A stretch of DNA of 64,000 bases from contig NC_043005.1 of the NCBI RefSeq assembly GCF_006345805.1, positions 65,410,001 through 65,474,000 on the forward strand. Direction: 5' to 3'. Source of the DNA: Octopus sinensis (lineage: Eukaryota). This document shows, piece after piece, positions 44,365 through 55,830 of the stretch. A program made the position numbers and the translations under genes. The notes beneath the pieces are model-generated. The model had not been told where the DNA came from and did no database searches. It saw only the letters and a list, made by a program, of their open reading frames with translations. The number at the start of each line of letters is the position of its first letter. Position 1 is the stretch's first letter.

Positions 44365-44497
44365 CGTTCGTGGGACAGTTTTGTTAAAATAGAACCGAAA
44401 TAACAATTTGATCAAAACTAGTTAAAGGTGTATCCTTTAACTAGTTTTGATCAAATTGTTATTTCGGTTCTATTTTAACAAAACTGTCCGACGAACG
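44365..44497. repeat. Palindrome with 64-bp arms, 5-nt loop and one mismatch
   Basis: Directly visible between TA tracts. Confidence 0.95.
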
Positions 44498-44553
44498 TGA
44501 AACTCTGAGCAACAGCTTTTGTTATATTTCTGCTGCTTTTAAATAAAGTATAT

Positions 44554-44585
<32 letters not shown>

Positions 44586-44804
44586 AAAACAAAGTATACA
44601 TACATACTTATATATATACGTACATACATATACACACACAGAAATACATACACACAAACCTGCATACACATATATTCGTACACACATACACACATACATA
44701 GGTACGTACATACATACACATACATACATACATACATACATACATACATACATACATACATACATACATACATACATACATACATACATACATACATACG
44801 TATC

Positions 44805-45120
44805 AGTGTCGTAGCAATAGGTCAGATATTGTTCTATGGAACAAGGAACAAAAGTCATGCGCTGTTGTAGAGATCAGCTGTCCGGCGGATGTGATTCTCA
44901 AAGATTGGTGGAGAGGAAAACATTTTTGGAGAACTAATATCCAGGCTATAGATTTACAGTTGTTCCCATTACCTTAGGTGCACTGGGCTATGTAACACTA
45001 GACTTGCGTAAAAGCCTACAATGAAGAAAGCAAACTGATCCGTATTCTCCAAATACAATCGATTCGAAGCACAGCGAAAATTTCTATATCAATAATGGGA
45101 TTCTCCATTCGCGGTTTCTA
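44805..45120 (+). mobile_element. R4/Dong-like LINE RLE-domain 3' fragment in (CATA)n
   Basis: RSDIVLWNKEQKSCAVVEISCPADV...YPGYRFTVVPITLGALGYVT. Confidence 0.7.
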
Positions 45121-45302
45121 GCTTAAATATATACGCACAATCATATGTACACACAGAATGTACATACAGAAAAACAGATAGATACACACACATATTCATA
45201 CATATATACATACATACATACATACATACAAACACGCACGTATATATTCACACACAAATACATCATATGTACATATATATATATATATATATATATACAC
45301 TC

Positions 45303-46145
45303 ACCTGATCAATAGCTATCCGGACTGTTGCTATAGCAACGAAGCTAAAGCACACGGAGTGAAGCCGCTTGGTACAGATTGATCGTAGACACTGCTGTGC
45401 ATGCGCACTAAATTTCAACGTTCCAGCTCACTTCCGCTGTTTGCAGCAGTGCTTAGAAGGAAGGTGTGTAGTGTGTGATCGCCGCACTGACCATGACAAA
45501 GTTGAGCAGAGAATCTGCATCAAATTTTGCCAAATGCTTGGCGATACCTGCTCAGAGGCCTATGCAAAGTTTTCAAAATGTTTTAATCGTTCTTGACACA
45601 ATTAAGGAAATCTTGTACAACTTGAACCCGAGTGGTTTTGGTTAGCTGAAAGCAGCTTTGGCACAAACATGGCAGACACGCATCTCATACCCAAATCTCC
45701 AGTGATAATGGACTGAACTGAACCGTAGCTAATCTGCAGATCCTCAGATAACTCACGGATGGTGATTCGATGATTTCCCTTCACAGCTGCATGCACATCT
45801 GCGATATTTTTCCTACTTCTGCAGGTTACGGGTTTCCCAGAAGGTTCGTCAATATCAACCATCTGAACCACTCGTACATTTGTGTGCGGTTCATGAACTC
45901 TCTCCATAAACTTTCTGCAACTTTGTGTAGGCCTCAGAGTAGGCATCGCTATTACAACTTTCTCTGCCATGGTCAATGCGACGATCACACACTACGCACG
46001 TTACTTCCAAGCACTGCAGTAAATAGCGGAAGTGAGCTAGAACGCTAAAACTTAGTGCTCATGCACTGCAGTCTCTGCAGCTTTACTCTGCGTGCTTTAT
46101 CTCCGTTACTATTGGAACTGTCCGGATACTTATTGATCAAACCTC

Positions 46146-46146
<1 letters not shown>
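45303..46146. mobile_element. Mariner derivative made of two inverted 5' halves
   Basis: TIR tgatcaata(g/a)(c/g)tatccggac at both ends. EQRICIKFC on +, and RITIRELSEDLQISYGSVQSII..DLGMRCVSAMFVPKLL on -. Confidence 0.85.
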
Positions 46147-46192
<46 letters not shown>

Positions 46193-46248
46193 ATATATAT
46201 ATATGGAAAATGAAAGACGGAAGATGGAATATACGAGAATTTTTATTA

Positions 46249-46358
46249 ATCATGACAATTGTTTTCGACACATCTAGCATCTATCCCTCACGGTTGGGAC
46301 GCTTAATCTTAACTGGTTCGAGAGCATCCGGCGGTGCAGATGTGTCTCATCGGATGAT
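46249..46358 (-). ncRNA. Hammerhead-like motif (U4C) with structured stem-II insertion homologous to 16347
   Basis: atcat-CCGATGA-gacacatct[..]agatgtgtc-GAAA(A)-CAATTG-TC-atgat. Confidence 0.7.
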
Positions 46359-46598
46359 AAATAGATACAACTCGTTAAAATAACAGTTCTGTAATGTATC
46401 TTTTCATTTCGTAGAAAGAAAAGCAGCAAAACGAAGGAAATATCTTCATTTATACAGATGCAAAAAAGAAACGAAGATGCAATACAGCGAGAATAGTATT
46501 ACAAATAACTGTCAACAGATATATATGTATGCCGCGTGTGTATCGTTGGCGATTTTCTTTTACGTTTTCCCTTCCTTAGACTTTTCCTTTTTTCTATG

Positions 46599-46726
46599 TT
46601 TCTGACGAAGAGCTCCGCTCGGAAAGTTAGATCCTCCTTCTTTCTTTCCTTTCCTGAGCGTCCAGTAACACTACATTTGTTCCACGTCCTCGCGTTGTTG
46701 TGTTTTCTCTTTGTTCATGTTCGGGT

Positions 46727-46730
<4 letters not shown>
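46599..46730 (+). mobile_element. Penelope-like pLTR 3' end with decayed hammerhead
   Basis: ttt-CTGACGA-a-gagc tcc gctc-ggaaagtt. The downstream part matches 34455-34550, and it ends in (TA)n. Confidence 0.55.
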
Positions 46731-46767
<37 letters not shown>

Positions 46768-46963
46768 CAGGGTGTCCAAAACGTTACTGATGGGTTTCAA
46801 TTTTTAATAACTTATGCATAAGTTATTCTGAGAAATATTTGTGGAAGAGTAAATTGCATATCAAAACCGGTAATTTATAAGAAAATTATTGGTATTCTTT
46901 ATTCACCATTACACAGAAGTTATAAAATTGTACATCGATTAGAATTTCTTCAAAGAGAGAGAG

Positions 46964-46994
<31 letters not shown>

Positions 46995-47080
46995 AATAAA
47001 GAAAGAGAGAGAGTCAAGTAATACAAAATTTACATGTGTATGAAGCGTTTATATATAGTTAGTAATAGCAGGGATTCTCG

Positions 47081-47115
<35 letters not shown>

Positions 47116-47121
<6 letters not shown>

Positions 47122-48964
47122 GGGAGTAAATCCAAACTTACAGGGAAAATTAGATTTTGGATTAAATCTAATTTTACAGTATAAATATAAATATAAATTA
47201 AATTAGAGATAAAACCACTATTAGGCAAAGGCAAATCAAACAGTGAAAATCATAAACCAAAACATAGAAATAAAATGAATTAATATAATATACAAAATAT
47301 ATAAAATATAAAATTCTAAATTTAAATTATTTAAATTTAAAGTTAAAAATTAAAAATTATTAATTTATATTTATAAATTTATATATATATATATATATTT
47401 TAATTTTTCTTAATTTTTTTTTATTTAATTATATATATATTTTTTTTATTAAATATATATAACTATCAAAAGTATTAAAAAGTTTAATATAAGATAAAAA
47501 GTAAAACCACTACGATCGTTTCATGCCCATAACTTAATTCGAATAACAATAATTTAAATTCGATTAATAATTCGAATTATGGTTATAATCAATCTTCAGG
47601 TTAATGATAATAATTAAATAAATAATCAAATATATTTAAACAATATTTTTTAAAGAAATAAATAAAATAATAATTTTTCTTATAAAAAACTATTATCAAA
47701 CTAGAAACTTTAACGATTATGATTATGTCATACAATCGATTATAATGTTAAATATTAATTTTTAAGGTAAGAATATATAGAAAATGTATTTATCTATTCA
47801 GATATAATATGAATTTAAAAAACATAATAAACCCACAAATAATCTAATCTCGATTATAGTCAATATCTAATTATCTAAATATTTAACAAAAAATAATCAA
47901 AAAAAAATAATCACTATTCATATTATTAAATTTAATTTCAAATCAAACAATTATATAATATTTGAATAATAACTAAATTATCAATGACTATATATAAATG
48001 TATATAAATATAAGAATTAAGATCTAAAATTATCTCTATCAATAAATATATAAGCACATATAATAAAAACCTAATAAATTAATTATTCATTATTACTTAT
48101 GAAATATATTAAAAGATTAAAGATGAAAAAGCAAATTGTAAACAAACAAACAAACTATCTTAAAAGAACGCTATAACTAATTACCGATCCATATATCTCA
48201 TTGGCTAATTAATAACTTACAAAAACCGTATAGTTAAGAACTAAAATGAAATAATTAAATACTTAATGAAATAATCAATCCGTAGTTATATAGTATCCAA
48301 TAAATACTACGAAAATATTTATCAATGAAAAAAATACTACTACAAATTATCAATTGAAAAAAGCAATATATTTGTTATAATAACAATTATAAAATATTTA
48401 AAATAACTATCAACAAATATAGTTATTAAAGACTAAAATTTATGGCATTAATAAATGTATATACATGAAACCTAACTTTAAAAGAACTCGTATTACTATT
48501 AACGATCTATATATCTCTTTGGCTAAGTAAAGTCTTACAAATAAACGTAGAGTTAAAATCTAATAATTATATTTAAAAAAACTACGATAATTAAATCATT
48601 ACATAATAATCAGTATTTATATAAAATACAAAATTATACAATAAGACTTATTAAAATATTTAAATTCAAAAATTTTTAAATCTTAAATATAAATATATAC
48701 TTAGCTTTACAAGGTTTTGTGATGAACTAAAATTTTAAATCGGAAAACTCTTTTCAGCGTTTATAAGATTGACTATAACCATAATTCGAATTATTAATTG
48801 AATTTAAATTATTGTTATTCGAATTAGGTTATGGGCATGAAACGATCGTAGTGGTTTAACTTTTTATCTTATATTAAGCTTTTTATTACTTTTTGATAGT
48901 TATATATATTTAATAAAAAAAATTAAATAAATATATAATTAAATAAATAAAAAATAAAACTAAA

Positions 48965-49002
<38 letters not shown>

Positions 49003-49259
49003 TTATAAATATAAATTAATAATTTAAATTTTTAACTTTGAATTTAAATAATTTAAATTTTTAGAATTTTATATTTTATATATTTTGTATATTATATTAA
49101 TTAATTTTATTTCTATGTTTTGGTTTATGTTTTTCACTGTTTGATTTGCCTAATAGTGGTTTTATCTCTAATTTAATTTATATTTATATTTATACTGTAA
49201 AATTAGATTTAATCCTAAATCTAATTTTTCCCTGTAAGTTTGGATTTATTCCCTAATAT
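47116..49259. mobile_element. 2.1-kb extremely AT-rich element with ~480-bp inverted arms
   Basis: Arms at 47116-47596 and 48765-49259, flanked by (TA)n. Termini are shared with the 18k element. Confidence 0.85.
47507..47603 (-). ncRNA. Hammerhead-like motif with long AT-rich stem II
   Basis: CTGAAGA-[ataac..taattcgaat...attcgaatta.gttat]-GAAA-CGATCG-TA-gtgg. Stem I is weak. Confidence 0.6.
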
Positions 49260-49276
49260 CATATATATATATATAT

Positions 49277-49406
49277 ATTTATTTTATAGAAGGAGCTTCT
49301 ACAGGACTAGCACTGTTTCATTCAAATGAAATCATCAGGAAGCTCCTGATGATTTCATTGAATGAAACAGTTCTAGTCCTGTAGAAGCTCCTTCTATAAA
49401 ATAAAT
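49277..49406. repeat. 130-bp palindrome with hammerhead core motifs on both strands
   Basis: Centre tcatcagg-aagct-cctgatga. CTGATGA-tttcat(t)tgaat-GAAAC occurs on each strand. Confidence 0.9.
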
Positions 49407-49471
49407 TAATTTACTCTGCTATGTATTGAGTACATTATTTACTGTGGTTAACCCCGACTCAACCCGGGACC

Positions 49472-49559
<88 letters not shown>

Positions 49560-49569
<10 letters not shown>

Positions 49570-50882
49570 ATAAAACACCCTAATAGGAGCCTTAACTGCC
49601 AAATTTTGTAATTTCTTTTATGATCCAAAACTAAGTCAAAAGTATTGAATGGATCTTTATGAAATTTGGAAATTATATTCTATGCATAAGGGCCATAACC
49701 CCCATGACAATTCATATATTTTTGCTGTTGAGGAAATTTTAACTATAGATATTAGACACAAATGAAGTAATATTTATGAAATTTCATCTTCTTACAAGTT
49801 AGAAAGACCCCTCCATGGGGACTTAACACCCACAATTTTGTCATTTTATCAAAGCAAAAACGAAACCAGTTGTGCTCTTGGAAGTTGTAGGGTTACCTGA
49901 GCATAAAAGTTAAGCATTATTTCTAATTCAATGGTACAACAGTGTAACACTTTGCTTTGACATACACTTACATTGTGATTTCTGCAATGTGGTGCATAAA
50001 TTGTCAAGTAAATGAGAGGCATCTTTGCCTCCACTGATTCAGTTGCAAAGTGTCGAGTAAAGTTATTTAGTTGCAGACCTCCTTTCAGTCTTTTTATTAT
50101 CACTGGGTCACACATAGTCTCCATATGGTAACATTGATTTCAAGACTTTCCCAAATGAGTGAATGGTTATTCAAAGACATTTATAGATTGTAAATATATT
50201 CTGTCCAGTTACATATCAGTATAGTAGTCATTTGCAAACTCCAACTTTCATTTCTCCTCAGCCCTCATGTCACACAGTTGTTAATGTTTATTTCAGTTGG
50301 GTCACGCCCTTTCAATTGCTATAGATTAGTAATGCATCTTACGGCTGTGCCTGTCACCTGGATGGTGAGGAATCCTACATTGGGAGTGGTAACGACTAGG
50401 GTAGGGTAACTGACTGCTTATTGTGATCATTCGTCTTTTGGTTTCCTGTAGCTTTGCTCTCTTTTACAAACTCAGTGAACATATATTTCCTATTTCAAAG
50501 AAATTCAAACAATAGATATAAGACCCAAGTTAAAAAGATTCTCAACAATTCAACTTCTCTGGTTGACATTAATGCACCCACTCCCAATAGGGGCCTTAAC
50601 TCTCACATTTTACAACTCCATGACCTCCACTTTTCAGGAGCAAAATCCTTTTAAGAGGTTGTATAAGACTAGAATTTTGGAATCTGCGCATAAAAATCAG
50701 TAGTATGGGATACATGTGGCACGATTACCATTTTTTAAGGTGTGTAAAGAGGGAAATAACCCTCATATGCAATTTTGATGAAATTCGAAACATAGATATT
50801 CCAGTTCATTAGAGAAAATATAAGAGAAAAGTCTAATTCTTCAATTGTATGTAACACGGGCAACGCCGGGTATCTCTGCTAG
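49560..50882 (+). mobile_element. Non-autonomous Helitron (5' boundary uncertain)
   Basis: 3' hairpin cgggcaacgccggg then tatctctgCTAG-T. Internal repeats ccc.aatagg.gccttaact at ~49578 and ~50583. Confidence 0.55.
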
Positions 50883-52418
50883 TTAATCATAAAATTCTAA
50901 TACAAAGTGTAAGTAAACTGCATTTTAGAAATATTGATAATGTTAATATAGGGAGCATTAGGGAATATTACTGAATATATTTATCTAAATCAGCTAAAAT
51001 GTGTATGCGTATGGGAAAGGAATATGTGTGTATATGCATATCTAAATATGTAACATATATTATTCATTTATATAGTATTAATTTTCATTTTTGTTGGCAG
51101 AGTACTCTAGGATATTGGAATAAATTCTTTGATGTATTCAGAGTGTCATTTTACTTTGCACTTCAAACCGCCCGAGTTTTAAAAACGGAAAACTAAACAT
51201 GTTCCACTTGACTGAATTGATTATATACGCTGCCTCTGTAAAAAGGAAGTTATCGATATCAATTATTGTCGTAAGAAACCTCGCACTTGTTAACTTGTTC
51301 GGCTGTTATAAGATGTAGAGCATCCGATAAGAATCTTTTCAGTGTCTGATTTGCTATTTCAGGTATTTTAGATGCTGCCATTTTAAAAACTCAACAGAAG
51401 CCCCAACATAGGTAGCGCCAAAATATTGATTCTAATGGCAGGAAAATAAACACACTTAAATATATCATGGCTGTTGTTTTTGCTTGATAATTCGTAATTT
51501 GTCGTATTTGTTAATTGACTTCAGGATGGACAAAATTGAATCAGTATTGTTCCTTGTCGATGTACAAATATGATTCAAAAATTACTTCGTAGAACAGCTT
51601 ACTAAAACAATTTAGCTCACTGTATGGCACCAACGTAAGAAAAATAATTTCTAACAATGGCACAAGATTTGGAAGTCGCAAATCCACACAGAGCATGCAT
51701 TTTAGCTATGCATTTGAGAGGCAAATTAGTACAGAAATGAGATGTAATGGATCTAAGCTAGAATAATTATCAGTCTACCAGCTCAGCTTATTTTAAGAAA
51801 TAATAAGATAAATTTAACGATCACCAAACAACCTTCGGCAGACGTGATGTTGTGCAATGAGAGAATTATATTATAGAAAATTAAACAGAATCATGATGTG
51901 CAATTCTCTTAAATATCATCAATATAAATCAAGAGAACTTGAATGGAAAGCTAATAATGAAACAAAGATAGTACAGCATTGGTCCAGTGTCCTTCAGAAA
52001 CCATCAAAGGTAAGTGTCCATAATTTAGATGGCGTATTCAATAATTGAACTAAATAGGAAAAGAAATGTAATTATATTCTATTGCAAAGACTTCTCTCTC
52101 TTACTTAATGAGATTGTGTTGAAAGGAGATAAAGTATGCGTGACTCTTGTTTACAATGATTACTCAGTATTATTAATTCTATCGCTAACAATACATTTAG
52201 GATATAGACACTTTGGAAGAAGGTCCATAAGAAACAAATAGCTTATTCAAAGCAGACGGAGTTTATTTGACATTCATTATTCCAAAGCGTGCTCAGAACA
52301 ACCTTGATAGAGTAATGGAGAGTATAGAAGTCAGTGATTGGTATGCTACATGCCCACGACACTAAACTTCCGACAACTGAATTCATTTAGTTCTGAGTGA
52401 TGACCATATAATGTTATC

Positions 52419-53043
52419 GAGCTGGCAGAAACGTAAGCACGCCGGGCGAAATGCGTAGCTGTAATTCGTCTGCCGTTACGTTCTGAGTTCAAATTCCGCC
52501 GAGGTCGACTTTGCCTTTCATCCTTTCGGGGTCGATAAATTAAGTACCAGTTACGCACTGGGGTCGATGTAATCGACTTAATCCCTTAGTCTGTTCTTGT
52601 TTGTTCCCTGTATGTTTAGCCCCTTGTGGGCAATAAAGTAATACATATGATGTTTTCGGGGTCGATAAATTAAGTACCAGTTACGCACTGGGGTCGATGT
52701 AATCGACTTAATCCCTTAGTCTGTTCTTGTTTGTTCCCTGTATGTTTAGCCCCTTGTGGGCAATAAAGTAATACATATGATGTTTTTGGGGTCGATAAAT
52801 TAAGTACCAGTTAAGCACTGGGGTCGATGTAATCGACTTAATCCCTTAGTCTGTTCTTGTTTGTTCCCTGTATGTTTAGCCCCTTCTGGGCAATAAAGTA
52901 ATACATATGATGTTTTCGGGGTCGATAAATTAAGTACCAGTTACGCACTGGGGTCGATGTAATCGACTTAATCCCTTAGTCTGTTCTTGTTTGTCCCCTG
53001 TATGTTTATCCCCTTGTGGGCAATAAAGTAATACATATGATGT
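52419..53043 (+). mobile_element. SINE family A with 4 x 130-bp tandem of its 3' half
   Basis: Units start at 52524, 52654, 52784 and 52914. TSD catat(a/g)atgttatc. Confidence 0.9.
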
Positions 53044-53741
53044 TATCACTGCTACTTTCAGAATTAACAAGTAATTAGTTACCCTACGTAAGTCATTCCA
53101 TTCTTTCCAAAGAGTGCGGTGTCTGTAATACAGTCGTCTCCTTTCCAGGGGAAGATTTTTCCTCTCGTCTGTTTAAATTATAGACCTATGTAAGGGTCCA
53201 TGAAGAGTTGGAAAAAATGTATCGTTGCTAAACAGTATTTCGCTTTTTTGTTAAAAAAAAAAAAATTAGCTTGATCGCTAAAACATATAAACTTCGAAAT
53301 ATTGTAGTGCGTCTCATTTCTTTTCTTTTTTTTTTTACTGATATGTTGAGATATGTTCGTTTTAATCCAATGTTGAATTTTACTGGTTTCATCGATGATT
53401 GTTTGATGAAGGGCGAATTTATCACTGACAGCATTTCAAATCACAACGTAAAGAAGCAAGATAAATGTTAGAGATAAGACGACAGCTAGATTTTTAGCAC
53501 GTGAACGTGACGTTCAGCCTGTCGCATCCCTGGAAGTAAGTCTCTCTTCCATGTGTGTGTTGTCGCTCTGGCTTTGTCTAATGGACAGTTTTGTTTGTGC
53601 CTATCGTTATAATACAACTCTTATCCAAGTAAAACTTGTAACGGTTTCTTTTTCTCTTCGCTAGAATCTAGTGGGGTTATAATTCATTAGTCTAGTACTC
53701 AAGCTCAAATTTCATTTACAATTACAATTACAACAGTCACT

Positions 53742-55830
53742 ATGGGGTTAAGAGATATAATGGTCATTTCTTTGGAGCAAATGGAAACGCTTCTCGAACG
53801 TCAGATGAAACAATTTCAGGCAGTAAAGTTTAACCTTATTGAATTATGTACTCAAAAGTTATCTATCAATTCAGAAAGTGATAAATGTCAGGCAGCTTCA
53901 AGTCCCATTAAAGAATTTATTCTCGCCCTGGTTGCTGATATTGCCTTTGATTCATAGTTTACGTGTTTTGAAGATATTTTTCGCGTTGACTGTTCGAATC
54001 TTGACGATCAAGCAAATGTCAGATTACTACTATTAACCAAATTCAGAATTAATGAACACAATAAATATATCAACTATATACTGCCGAAGAATCCTCGAGA
54101 CATTAGCATTCAGACATAACAGTTTTAAAACTATCAAGTCCCAGAAGGAAGATTTTGTCAGCCATGTAGGTTAACTCACTAATATGAACGTTCCAATTTG
54201 AATTCTATAACTCATAATCAGTTTAAATTTTTCATCTTCGTAGCTGATCTGCAATCTTCATCGAATGCAGACATTCATACAAAACTGATATCACAATTAC
54301 AACTACGACCAGAAATAACTGTATAGTAAGCCAATGAAAAGTGCCAAAGTTAAAAAGCTTGAAACACACACGAAGATGATTGAAACTAGGGAAAATTCAA
54401 CAAGTCAGTAAATTAAATGAAAGCTAATCCTAAATCATTACTTATTGACAAAAAAGAAATGCAAGTCCCCTTCAGCAATTCTGAGTTTGCAGTAGAAGAT
54501 ATTATGAAATGTTTTGCCCCTAGAAGCAATACAAGTATCTATTAATCTATTATGCCACATGTCCGATCATAAGGAAGGGTTTTGCTTACCTAATCATTGA
54601 AGAGAAGAAAGCAAAGGGCATCTTCCCAGGTTCTCGACTACTTACAAACCAAAAAGTAAAGTTTGTAATATTTATATCAATTGTTAAAGTGGATTCTCAA
54701 AACCACGACACGTATTTAATTATTTCAATAAATGATATGCCCTTTATACACAGCATCATGTTAATTTCTCGCAAAACTTTGAGGCAACAGATAGTTTAGA
54801 CAGAAAAGTTAACAAAGCATCAAGGGGTAATTTAAAACTTATCGGCACGATTAAGTGTAAAGTAGAGCTTGATTCAAACCTTTTCAATAGACCTTGTTAT
54901 CTGACACACCGACATGACTTAGATTTACTGGGTTTAGATTGAATTACTGAACTCGACTTCTGTAGTAAACCATTGAAGTCTATTTGCTTACTTTCAAACA
55001 GTTCTATCAATAGTTCATTCCAAATAGCATCATCTGACTCTTTTACTAATTTACTGAAAGAAAAATATCCACCAGTTTTCAAAGATTTGTTGGAGCATTG
55101 TAAGTTATACAAAGCAAGTTTGTCGCTAAAGCTTGATTCAAAGCTAGTATTTAGGCCTCACAGACCCGTTCCATATGCAGTTCAATCCCAGGTCGATAAC
55201 TAGTGTCTTGTACAGTTAGACGTAATAAAGCCACTTAACAAGTCAATCTGGGCAGCACCAATAGTGGTGGTTAATAAAGAAAATGTTTCTATTAGCCTTT
55301 GCGCAGATCTTTCTGCTCGAATAAATAAAGCCTTAGAAGACCCCCTCCAACCTTTTCCTGAAGACATTTTCAGTACGCTTAGTGGTGGTCATTTTTCGCA
55401 AAAATCGATTTACTTGATGCTGACTTACAAACTGTAATTGATGATAATTCAAAGCAACTGATGACAATTAATACTCACAGAGGTTTTTATCAATATCAAT
55501 GATTGCCATTCGGAATTAAAATGGCTCCAACTATATTACAAGTAATGGATACAATGATTGCAGACATATCTGGAGTTGCAGTTTATCTAGACGATATTAT
55601 AGTGACTGGTTCAACGAATAAAATATTATCTCATCGATTTGGTTTAAACGTAAAAGAGAGCAAATGCTGTATTCTATGGTATAATGAAATAATTTGGTTT
55701 TATTATAAACAAAGACGGTTGTAAACCAAACACAGCAAACGTAGAAGCAATTCTCAAAATCCTAGTTCCATCAGATGTTAACACGTTGAGATCATTTTTT
55801 AGACTCCTGTGCTAATACAATATGTCCTTA
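53742..55830 (+). pseudogene. Gypsy/Ty3 LTR retrotransposon gag-pol relic
   Basis: Gag-like FEDIFRVDCSNLDDQANVRLLL. RT motifs FRPHRPVPYA, WAAPIVVV, PFGIKMAP and YLDDIIVTG. Many stops. Confidence 0.9.

Noticed and set aside
47116-49259. Mitochondrial control region or NUMT
   Set aside because: No mitochondrial gene remnants are visible, and the termini match a nuclear repeat at 18245-18320.
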